From contig JAIELQ010000002.1 of NCBI GenBank assembly GCA_019752815.1, positions 4,739 through 68,738 of the forward strand: DNA of 64,000 bases, read 5' to 3'. The notes under the pieces are model-generated. The model made no database searches. It saw only the letters and a program-made list of their open reading frames with translations, and was not told the origin of the DNA. The position numbers were made by a program, and so were the translations under genes. This DNA comes from Patescibacteria group bacterium. Lineage in GTDB: Bacteria; Patescibacteriota; Minisyncoccia; Phycocordibacterales; UBA918. This document shows positions 19,296 through 27,728 of this stretch, piece by piece; the stretch's first letter is position 1, and every line of letters starts with the position of its first letter.

Positions 19296-19488
19296 ACGTC
19301 CAAAAAATGAATCATTACGTTGTTGTGCGTCGAAAAAATATTTTCATCGTATAGGTATACGCCTTAAAAATTTTTTCTAGCACGCCTAGTACTGATTTCA
19401 TTTTATGAACGTCTCGATTATAATGAGCACTCACTACTGAATGTCTAGTCTGTTACTTGAGATTTTAAGAGTAAAATGAAGAGTAATC

Positions 19489-19519
19489 AACAGTGCGCGG
19501 GCGTAGCCCGCGCACTGTT
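19489..19519. promoter_or_regulatory. Perfect 14-bp-arm GC-rich palindrome upstream of the oxidoreductase gene; a candidate operator.
   Basis: AACAGTGCGCGGGC-GTA-GCCCGCGCACTGTT. No T-tract follows. Confidence 0.25.
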
Positions 19520-19547
19520 ACGTTATACTGGCAATGTAATACAAAAT

Positions 19548-20126
19548 ATGTCAAAGAAAATTTTAGTTCTCTGTGGTCACCCAGATAAAGATTCATTCAG
19601 TGGAACTGCCGCAGACCACTATCAAGCCGGGGCTGAAGATGCAGGACATACTGTCGTACGAGTTAACATTGGAGAACTTAACTTTGACCCTATCCTGCAC
19701 AAAGGCTACAAAGAAATACAAGCGCTCGAACCAGACCTGATTGATCTACAAAACAAATTTCGTGACGCTGACCACATTGTAATTGTGTACCCAAACTGGT
19801 GGTGCACCATGCCAGCGATTTTAAAAGGACTGTTTGATCGTTTCTGGCTTCCTGGATTTGCCTTTAACTTCAACAAAGAAACCAAACGCATTGAAAAGCA
19901 CCTCAAAGGGCGAACTGCCCGGGTAATTATTCTCTCTGGCTCACACTCACCGTTTAAGACCTGGTGGAATTTTGGTGACTTTACCAACGAAATCCAATAC
20001 GGAATTTTAGAATTTGCCGGACTGCGCACAGCAGTATCAGCCTATGGCCCGTGTGAAAAAGTTGACGGCATCTGTCGTGAAAAGTGGCTCCGTGAGATTG
20101 AAGTTTTAGGGAGAAAGGGAATTTAG
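19548..20126 (+). CDS. Flavodoxin-like-fold NAD(P)H dehydrogenase (quinone) family protein (KefG/MdaB-like).
   Basis: KILVLCGHPDKDSFSGTAADHY...IVIVYPNWWCTMPAILKGLFDR matches the family signature. Confidence 0.65.
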   Translation: MSKKILVLCGHPDKDSFSGTAADHYQAGAEDAGHTVVRVNIGELNFDPILHKGYKEIQALEPDLIDLQNKFRDADHIVIVYPNWWCTMPAILKGLFDRFWLPGFAFNFNKETKRIEKHLKGRTARVIILSGSHSPFKTWWNFGDFTNEIQYGILEFAGLRTAVSAYGPCEKVDGICREKWLREIEVLGRKGI

Positions 20127-20132
20127 TAAGGA

Positions 20133-20162
20133 AAAAGTCAACCAATCTGGTTGACTTTTTTT
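20133..20162 (+). terminator. Rho-independent terminator.
   Basis: AAAAAGTCAACCA-ATCT-TGGTTGACTTTTTT. Confidence 0.6.
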
Positions 20163-20208
20163 GTATTAGTTGTACTGTTAAAGTAGAAAAACATTTTGGA
20201 GAACGTGG

Positions 20209-20559
20209 ATGAAAAAAATTCTTGCAGGCGTAGCACTACTGTCGTTGCTATCTGGCTGTGTTCCTGTTGGTGACGTTCAAATCAATACGACCACTATCGT
20301 CACCACCAGAGAATCGCCAGCACAACAAGCGTTCCCTCGTGGCGAGTATGTCTTTGCGTGCACTACCATGGCCGATCTGTACTACTACCTCGACAACAAC
20401 ATCATAGTCGAGGGTTGTGGACAGGTAGCGATGACGGCAGTAACGGAACGCGGCAGTTATGATAGCTACCTATACGGCAGGGTCAGCATCTATCAGTTCC
20501 AGCATGGCTGGGATATGTACTTCACCTATTACGAAGGGTGGGGGTGGAGACGCTACTGA
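20209..20559 (+). CDS. Hypothetical lipoprotein.
   Basis: A signal peptide with a lipobox (LLSGC). Confidence 0.5.
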   Translation: MKKILAGVALLSLLSGCVPVGDVQINTTTIVTTRESPAQQAFPRGEYVFACTTMADLYYYLDNNIIVEGCGQVAMTAVTERGSYDSYLYGRVSIYQFQHGWDMYFTYYEGWGWRRY

Positions 20560-20567
20560 GAAAATGC

Positions 20568-20603
20568 CGGTCGCGAGTTATAACTAACTCGCGACCGTAT
20601 TTT
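20568..20603 (+). terminator. Terminator hairpin.
   Basis: CGGTCGCGAGTTA-TAAC-TAACTCGCGACCG followed by TATTTTGTT. Confidence 0.45.
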
Positions 20604-20630
20604 GTTAATAAAATGCTACAATAAAAACAT

Positions 20631-21026
20631 ATGGAAACACAACAATGGTACGCAACGTTAATCAAGCCAGAATGGGCGCCGCCAGCTTGGGTGTTTGGAC
20701 CTGTTTGGTCAGTACTCTACACCATCATCGCCATATCATTTGGCTATGTGTTTTATAAAATCTACCAAGGAGAGATACCTTTATGGGTTGCCTTGCCGTT
20801 TGTGCTCAATCTATTTTTCAACCTCATCTTTTCACCCATTCAATTTGGGCTACAAAACAATCTATTAGCCGCTATTGATATTTTTTTGGTACTAGGCACG
20901 TTGGTGTGGCTCATGTTTGCTATTTTTCCCTACGCTCCTTGGGTAGCATACGTCAATATCCCGTATTTAGTGTGGGTATGTATTGCTACTACACTGCAGT
21001 GCACTATCACGTATTTAAATTGGTAG
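20631..21026 (+). CDS. tspO: TspO/MBR family (tryptophan-rich sensory) protein.
   Basis: KPEWAPPAWVFGPVWSVLY plus a Trp-rich five-TM pattern. Confidence 0.8.
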   Translation: METQQWYATLIKPEWAPPAWVFGPVWSVLYTIIAISFGYVFYKIYQGEIPLWVALPFVLNLFFNLIFSPIQFGLQNNLLAAIDIFLVLGTLVWLMFAIFPYAPWVAYVNIPYLVWVCIATTLQCTITYLNW

Positions 21027-21041
21027 TATAATCGGGGGATT

Positions 21042-21884
21042 ATGACTACAGTTTCATTTGGACGAGAGTTGGCGAGCGTGTTGCTTAAAGTATTTGGTGT
21101 GTTGCTGACTATTTTTTTGATTGGTGCAATCGTTGTGTTTTTTAGTTTTGGATTTACTGCGGTCAGTGACGGAGAATGTAACATTGCCGTCATGCCTATA
21201 GAAGGTGTCATTATGCCGTGGGGCTATGGTGCACAATATCCAGAATTTGCAGTGACACCGGACGATGTTAGAGACTTCCTCGCGCTCGTTGAGGACGATG
21301 AATTGTTTATCGAAGGAGTATTATTTGAGGTAAATTCACCCGGTGGTACACCAGTCGCCTCAGAAGATATTGCTAGACAAATCAAGGCACTCGAGCTACC
21401 AACCGCTGCTTTAATCGGCGATATGGGGGCGTCCGGTGGATATATGGCGGCGTCAGCAGCTGATAAAATATTTGCGTCAGCCATGTCAGATATAGGGAGT
21501 ATTGGTGTGTCGATGTCATACGTAGAGGAGTCACTAAAAAACAAAGAAGAGGGTCTGACCTATGAGTCACTCACCACGGGAAAATTTAAAGACGCTGGTG
21601 ATCCTAACAAGCCTCTATCAGAAGAAGATCGTGCCTACTTTCAAGGCCAGCTTGATGCTGTCAATAACGAATTTATCAATCTGGTCGCAAACAATCGTGG
21701 TCTAGAAACCGATACCGTACGCGCACTAGCCGATGGTTCAACGCTGATTGGACAAAAGGCTGTTGATGCAAAATTAATTGACTCCATTGGTGATCGTGAT
21801 GCCGTCAAAGCGTTCTTTGCAGAAACACTTGGTAAGGATGTATCTGAGATTTCATTCTGCGAGTACGTAGCACCATTGTTCTAA
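21042..21884 (+). CDS. sppA: Signal peptide peptidase SppA (S49 family).
   Basis: VNSPGGTPVASE...GDMGASGGYMAASAADKIFA around the catalytic Ser, and an N-terminal TM helix. Confidence 0.8.
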   Translation: MTTVSFGRELASVLLKVFGVLLTIFLIGAIVVFFSFGFTAVSDGECNIAVMPIEGVIMPWGYGAQYPEFAVTPDDVRDFLALVEDDELFIEGVLFEVNSPGGTPVASEDIARQIKALELPTAALIGDMGASGGYMAASAADKIFASAMSDIGSIGVSMSYVEESLKNKEEGLTYESLTTGKFKDAGDPNKPLSEEDRAYFQGQLDAVNNEFINLVANNRGLETDTVRALADGSTLIGQKAVDAKLIDSIGDRDAVKAFFAETLGKDVSEISFCEYVAPLF

Positions 21885-22278
21885 ATAGTTTTATTAATTT
21901 AGAAATTATGGTATAAAAAGCATCCAACGGTCTTGGTTTCATTGTCCCCACCCTTGCAGGCCATGATTGTTGGAGCGCGATGGGGACTTGTTTCCATCGC
22001 GTTTTATTACACCAAATTTTATATATGTCACTATCTGTCGGGACTGCATGGACAGCTACCGACTCGGAGATCCCCTTGTAAAACCTAAGTATTTTCTACC
22101 GTTTAAAGCTACAATTTCTATCCCAATGCCCAAAAGACCTGGCAAAGACTACGGTTTCCTCCCAGGCAAGAATAAGGTGTGACGATATAAGCCTATGCAT
22201 CACTGCACGGGCTTTTTGCTGTATACCCATGAGAAAGTACTGCATTTGGTTCCGACACATTGGTAAATCGCAGCATTG

Positions 22279-22629
22279 CTATACCGATACAGTGGCGCGT
22301 GCCTGCTTCTGTCGTTCAGCAAAATAACGCTTCAGTCGCTGCTTAGGATAAAACTTCAGTACCTCATGTTCAGGAAGCATTACTTGATGTGGTCCCGCAA
22401 CACCAGGCCGACTAGGACGCTTCACTAAAGCAAAATCGCCCAAGTGAGGCATACGCACTACTTTGTGTCGTCGAAGCTCCTGAGCCACTACCTGCACCAT
22501 TGCGACGTAAATAATAAACACTTCATCACGACTTAGGTGATTAAGTTCTTTTGACAGCAACTGATAGAAGCGTTCATCTCGAAGCAGATCTTTGTTCGCC
22601 TCGTAGTTTATTGGTGGTTTCCATGACAT
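22279..22629 (-). CDS. HU/IHF-like DNA-binding protein (divergent).
   Basis: LGDFALVKRPSRPGVAGPHQ...VLKFYPKQRLK parallels the HU arm motif GFGTFEVRER-AR-GRNP...FK-GK-LK. Confidence 0.4.
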   Translation of the reverse strand: MSWKPPINYEANKDLLRDERFYQLLSKELNHLSRDEVFIIYVAMVQVVAQELRRHKVVRMPHLGDFALVKRPSRPGVAGPHQVMLPEHEVLKFYPKQRLKRYFAERQKQARATVSV

Positions 22630-22909
22630 TACAACACTATATCTCAGTACCTTAGTCTAATTTTTGGATAGAAATTTTTTTGGGATCAGCGTTTTTTTCA
22701 TACCAACTATTTCCAAACCACCCCGTCTATTAAAAATTGCGTGAGATACCGTTACTTACCCAGTGTCTTATGTAGCCAAACGTTTCCAAACCACGCCCCA
22801 TACCTACCATCAAGGTTTCAAGGTTCTTAGGACTCATCGTATGAATGAAGTATTTAAATAGCCACGCATCATTTGTATTGATTACCTCAGTACGGCCTAA
22901 CAAAAAAGT

Positions 22910-23230
22910 ATGAAGAATATAAACACAATCTTGAAGGAACGTAAGGTGGAGTCCACTTGGCGCGGGAGTAAGAAGACAGAAGATCAAATGCGGGAGCAGA
23001 TAAGAGCAAAATTTGGAGACACTGTGGCGAAAGAATATGACGCCAAAATGCACGTTATGAGTTTAAGGCAATGGTCTCGTTTCGGAATTAAAATTTTACC
23101 TGGCGAGTCAGCCCTGAAGACATATACCGTAATTGAGAACGATGAAGAGACTGGTGAAATGAAGCGAGTACGTAGATCAATACCGGTATTCCATTACTTA
23201 CAGACCGACTTAGCTACTACACATGAATAA
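22910..23230 (+). CDS. Hypothetical protein.
   Basis: An ORF whose stop overlaps the next start (ATGAATAA). It overlaps an antisense ORF. Confidence 0.3.
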   Translation: MKNINTILKERKVESTWRGSKKTEDQMREQIRAKFGDTVAKEYDAKMHVMSLRQWSRFGIKILPGESALKTYTVIENDEETGEMKRVRRSIPVFHYLQTDLATTHE

Positions 23231-23798
23231 TACTACTTATGCGCGTCGCACGACTCAAAGACGCACCTACCATACACCGACTCAGGCACAGCATCCCGCT
23301 CAGGAGGCCGTAGAATCGGTTATAAGGCAGTATGAAGGGGAGTTTCAGCTCAGAGCACAGTTTATCAAAGACGACGCTTCAATGACGGTATTTCGCCGCC
23401 CAAACAGTGTCGTAGTTGGTTATATCTGTAGGCTATTCGATGCAGAAAATCGTTGTCTCAGTGAAGGGAGAGGTGTCTCAATTATTAGTTTTCAAACAGG
23501 GAGGTATATAAACAAAGCAATTCTCTACGCACGAAACGCCAGTCTCATTGATTGTGTAAGTCGTGCTAGTAAACTCTCTACGGTGTTCGCGTCAGATGAG
23601 GAGGATGGGAGTGAAGTGAGTCAAAACAGCTATGCTTCAAATCCTCCCGAGCAACAACCGTCAGAAAAACAGGTAAAATATCTTACGTCGTTGATTGAGA
23701 CACTACCTTCTGATGAACAGTCCGATTTACTAACGCGCCTACCGCAAATGAGTCGCTATGATGTATCGCAACTGATTAACACATTAAAAGAGGCATAA
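23223..23798 (+). CDS. Hypothetical protein of 191 aa.
   Basis: Coupled to the upstream ORF and followed by a terminator hairpin. Confidence 0.4.
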   Translation: MNNTTYARRTTQRRTYHTPTQAQHPAQEAVESVIRQYEGEFQLRAQFIKDDASMTVFRRPNSVVVGYICRLFDAENRCLSEGRGVSIISFQTGRYINKAILYARNASLIDCVSRASKLSTVFASDEEDGSEVSQNSYASNPPEQQPSEKQVKYLTSLIETLPSDEQSDLLTRLPQMSRYDVSQLINTLKEA

Positions 23799-23802
23799 TA
23801 TA

Positions 23803-23840
23803 AAAAGCCGTGTTTCCTTTGGGATGCACGGCTTTCTTGT
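23803..23840 (+). terminator. Terminator hairpin.
   Basis: AAAAAGCCGTG...CACGGCTTTCTTGTT. Confidence 0.4.
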
Positions 23841-24250
23841 TGTTATTAGCCATAAATGAGCGTATTATTAGCTAACAATATAGTCACCTAAACCGTTTGA
23901 GCGGCATGGTGCGAATAAATAAGCCCCGTCAGAGCTAAAAAACCCATCTTGTGGGGTTTGCTCTGACGGGCCGTGTCTTGGAAACAGGACATGGTGGCTG
24001 AAAGGCCACACCCATGAGGTGGGTTTTTTGTATTTTAATTATATCTCTATGTTTAAAGGCTTCGCATTCTTGATTGTTGGTGGACTTGTCGGATGGTTAC
24101 TAGTAAATATTTTTCCAAATGATGAAATAACTCCCGTGGTTATAATTACCGCTACAACAATATTTGGATTTTATTTTATGTGGAAAGAAGCTGAGGAAGA
24201 TAACAAACGTGAATAAATCCAAATTATCAAATAATAGATGTTACTAGGTA

Positions 24251-24574
24251 ATGAACAAATTTTTCTACATCTCTACCATACTTGCATCACTGGTTACGAT
24301 TGTGACTTGGTTTTACCTTCAGAAATTAGAATCATCACCAGCTACAGTTACGACAGTTTGTCCGACTGAAAGTAATTTTGAGCAATTCTGGAATGACTGG
24401 TCCTATCAATATCTCACCGACAATCCAGACGTAGATATAGATACACAAATGGAAGACTGGAACACTCTTGTCGTTTTACATGATTGTGGTGAGGAATGGT
24501 TAAATCCGCTTGATGAAATGATTAAAGAGCATGGTGCTTCTGGTACGCCAGTGTATTGGTATGATACCCCTTGA
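24251..24574 (+). CDS. Hypothetical membrane-anchored protein.
   Basis: An N-terminal TM helix (ISTILASLVTIVTWFYL). Confidence 0.35.
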   Translation: MNKFFYISTILASLVTIVTWFYLQKLESSPATVTTVCPTESNFEQFWNDWSYQYLTDNPDVDIDTQMEDWNTLVVLHDCGEEWLNPLDEMIKEHGASGTPVYWYDTP

Positions 24575-24732
24575 AGAATTTAAAAAGCTGGTCCCTGATG
24601 GTGAAAAATTGACTGAGGATCAATTGATTATATTTCGTGACCTTATAGACGGACAGGCAGAGTTAATTCTTGACTCGTTTATGATTGAAAAGGCTAAAAA
24701 ACAACAAATGAATAATGATACAATATAGTGAC

Positions 24733-25134
24733 ATGAAAAAGTGGCTCACAAATAACAAAGTGGAGCTAGTGCTCGGCATTGGACTCACGCTCTTTTTGAT
24801 AAACCTATTTACTGAACAAGATAGTGACCTATACATCATTTCAATTCCATTAGTAGTAATCGGTGGACTGATGATGTACAAACGACACTTCCGTTCGAAT
24901 TCGTTCAATTCTTCATTCTATAGTTCGCTAGATGATATTGATGACGATGAGCTGTATGAAGATGCTAAGGAGGCGGTTCTAGAGGCTGGCAAAGCTTCTA
25001 CCTCATACATCCAACGCAAACTACGAGTTGGCTACTCCAGAGCCGCGCGCTTAATGGATATGCTAGAAGAGAAAGGTGTTATTGGTCCTGCCAACGGCGC
25101 AGAACCACGTGAAGTAAAAAACGTCCTTAAATAA
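24733..25134 (+). CDS. Small membrane protein with a C-terminal FtsK-gamma (winged-helix, KOPS-type) DNA-binding domain.
   Basis: Two N-terminal TM helices. The C-terminal sequence ([58 protein letters not shown]) matches the FtsK/SpoIIIE gamma domain consensus. Confidence 0.55.
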   Translation: MKKWLTNNKVELVLGIGLTLFLINLFTEQDSDLYIISIPLVVIGGLMMYKRHFRSNSFNSSFYSSLDDIDDDELYEDAKEAVLEAGKASTSYIQRKLRVGYSRAARLMDMLEEKGVIGPANGAEPREVKNVLK

Positions 25135-25182
25135 AGCTATACTTGTGTTTCGCTTTCAAGAAATTGGCGGTACACTTAAGAC

Positions 25183-27237
25183 GTGAGAAAAATTGATCTA
25201 CATATTCACACAATCGCGGCACCTGAGGGTAAGGACGTGGCTTTTGAGTTTGATATTTCAAAATTTAAAGAATATGTTGACACTGCAGGACTACACGCAG
25301 TTGCAGTCACTAATCATAACCTATTTAACCTAGAACAATTTAACGAGATTGCAGATGCGTTACAAAACGTAAAAGTGTTCCCAGGGATTGAAATCGACTA
25401 TGAAGACGGGCATATGTTGCTTATTGCTGAAAATGACGATCTTGATGATTTTAATACCAGATGTGCATTAGTCGAAGCTGAACACAGTGCAAATGGTAAA
25501 GTCAGACACGCTAAACTAATTGAAATTTTTGAGGACGTTAGCAAGTACTTACTTATTCCGCATCACGACAAAGATCCAAAAATTGGCAGGGTTCACATTG
25601 ATGTGTTGCGTGATGAAATCACCGCAGGTGAAGTGGGGAGTCAAAAAAGATTTCATCGATTGTTAAAGAAGCAAGATGAGCTAGTACCTGTTCTTTTCAG
25701 TGATATTCGGGTTAAATCATCACTTGATGTTTCTACCGTTCAAGGTAGACAAACTTACCTTAAAACAAACGCAGAGGAATTGAGTCTAAGTGCAATCAAG
25801 GCTGCCTTGCAAGATAAAGACAAAGTATTCCTTAGTCGCACTGAAAATCATGATTTTTTTGAAATATTTTCTGATGGTCAACAACTTTCTCATGGACTGA
25901 ACGTTATACTAGGCAACAGATCCTCCGGTAAAACACACTTTTTAAACAAGATTGTTGAAATGCTAGGCAGTGATGAAAAAGGTGTTAAATACATCAAACA
26001 GTTTGAACTGACAAAAATCGATGAGAAAGAATTTAATGATCTTCTTGAGAAGCAAGGAGGTTTTGTGCGGGAAGAATATCTTAGTGCTTTCAAGCCAGTT
26101 GTACAAAACGTTTTGGAGATTGACCGCTCACTAACCTTGCAGAAGATTGAGGAGTTTACAAATTCGCTTGTTTTGTATGCAAACAATGAGCAGTTACAGG
26201 ATGAATATTCGAGAGCAGTACTTTTTAATCAGAGAAAGCTTCCAGTCAAGCGAGATGGTGGTATCAATATTCTGATTGATGCTATCAAAGCATTGTTGGA
26301 CAGCGATAGTCACAAAGACGTGATCCTGAAGCACTTACCTGAAGCTTCACTGAAAGCAGTGTTAAACGAACTAGCGTTGCAGATGAAAATAATCACGCTA
26401 GATCGTTTAAAGCGGGAGTGGGTGAACGAATTGGTAAGTGATATTTCTGATGGTCTGCAGTCACGTAGCTCAAGACCACCTGTAAAGCATAATGATCTGA
26501 GCATTTATACGGTAAAGCTTGAGAAGGAGAAGATAAGACGTTTCAACGCTGTTGCAAAAGCAGTAAAAACTAATCAGACAATTAGAAAAGAGAAGAAAGG
26601 TAAATTCACTGTGGAGGCTTATGTTAGACCGTATAGTGGCACTCAGGAAGTAAAAAATGAAAGTAAAACCAATGACATCTCCTTCAAAGATGCTTACGAG
26701 CACTATAGTGACCCCTTTAGATATCTCAGCATCCTGAAGACGAAGAATTTAGATAAAGCCTCTCTCTACAAGTACTTCTGCAAAGTAAGATATCAAGTAC
26801 TAAACGAGTACCAAAAACAAGTGTCTGGTGGAGAAATGACCGAGTTTAACTTACTCCAAAGGCTACAGGATGCTTTTCAATATGAAATGCTTCTAGTAGA
26901 TGAGCCTGAGTCATCATTTGATAACGTCTTCTTGAAGGAAAACGTTAATAAGATCTTGAAAGATATCTCTAGGGAATTACCGGTAATTGTAGTAACACAC
27001 AACAACACAGTTGGTATGTTACTGAAACCTGACTACATAATCTACACACAGCGAGAGATAGAAGAAGGCGAGGATAAGTACTATGTCTATTCAGGTTCAC
27101 CTGGAGAAAAGACTTTTAGTACTGCAGACGGCAGTAGAATGGTCGATAGCCACGCGATTCTCCTTGAGGCACTAGAAGCAGGTGCAAATGCATACAATGA
27201 CAGAAAAAGGATGTATGACACTTATAAGAAAAACTAG
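25183..27237 (+). CDS. PHP-domain phosphoesterase fused to an ABC/SMC-like ATPase; it resembles the single-gene Ppl anti-phage system.
   Basis: An N-terminal PHP motif (DLHIHT...TNHN...IPHHD), Walker A (GNRSSGKTHF) and Walker B (MLLVDEPESSFD) separated by ~320 aa. Confidence 0.55.
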   Translation: MRKIDLHIHTIAAPEGKDVAFEFDISKFKEYVDTAGLHAVAVTNHNLFNLEQFNEIADALQNVKVFPGIEIDYEDGHMLLIAENDDLDDFNTRCALVEAEHSANGKVRHAKLIEIFEDVSKYLLIPHHDKDPKIGRVHIDVLRDEITAGEVGSQKRFHRLLKKQDELVPVLFSDIRVKSSLDVSTVQGRQTYLKTNAEELSLSAIKAALQDKDKVFLSRTENHDFFEIFSDGQQLSHGLNVILGNRSSGKTHFLNKIVEMLGSDEKGVKYIKQFELTKIDEKEFNDLLEKQGGFVREEYLSAFKPVVQNVLEIDRSLTLQKIEEFTNSLVLYANNEQLQDEYSRAVLFNQRKLPVKRDGGINILIDAIKALLDSDSHKDVILKHLPEASLKAVLNELALQMKIITLDRLKREWVNELVSDISDGLQSRSSRPPVKHNDLSIYTVKLEKEKIRRFNAVAKAVKTNQTIRKEKKGKFTVEAYVRPYSGTQEVKNESKTNDISFKDAYEHYSDPFRYLSILKTKNLDKASLYKYFCKVRYQVLNEYQKQVSGGEMTEFNLLQRLQDAFQYEMLLVDEPESSFDNVFLKENVNKILKDISRELPVIVVTHNNTVGMLLKPDYIIYTQREIEEGEDKYYVYSGSPGEKTFSTADGSRMVDSHAILLEALEAGANAYNDRKRMYDTYKKN

Positions 27238-27238
27238 T

Positions 27239-27619
27239 ATGAAATATTTGGAAATCAAAAATAGTAAAGGGTTATTCAATCGCGATGGTGTCATGATTGA
27301 GATTGATCAAATTACTGCTGAAGATCTACTTACCATTATTAATCATGCTCATGAAGAAGACTTTGAAATCGATGAGTACACAGAGGCGGCACTCCCCAAC
27401 AAGGCTCATCAGCTCATTTATCAAAATATCTATATTAAACTAACAGACTTTTTGAGTGACAAGAATCAATTTAATCAGCAAGTTGATAAGTTGTACGAAG
27501 ACGCTATTGGCAAATATAATGCCGACATTCCTGCAGAAGCAGAGCCTGAAGTCGACAATATTAACGACTTTAAAGAAGCTGATGCTGAGGAAATTAACCC
27601 CGAGGACATACCATTTTAA
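27239..27619 (+). CDS. Hypothetical acidic protein of ~126 aa.
   Basis: Immediately downstream of the PHP-ATPase gene, with overlapping/adjacent starts. Asp/Glu-rich. Confidence 0.35.
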   Translation: MKYLEIKNSKGLFNRDGVMIEIDQITAEDLLTIINHAHEEDFEIDEYTEAALPNKAHQLIYQNIYIKLTDFLSDKNQFNQQVDKLYEDAIGKYNADIPAEAEPEVDNINDFKEADAEEINPEDIPF

Positions 27620-27728
27620 ATAATAACAACCTCGTTGGAGGGAGTTTATAAGCTATATTTGCTTGGTCATTCATAACTTCGTGATAATTGAGAATCCGAC
27701 CTTAAAATGCTACTCTATCTAGTATTAT

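Noticed and set aside
22730-23053. A 107-aa minus-strand ORF overlapping the 22910 plus-strand ORF.
   Set aside because: It has a hydrophobic, low-complexity N-terminus and no RBS. The plus-strand ORF is coupled to the next gene. Either could be real, and evidence is insufficient to call the minus frame.
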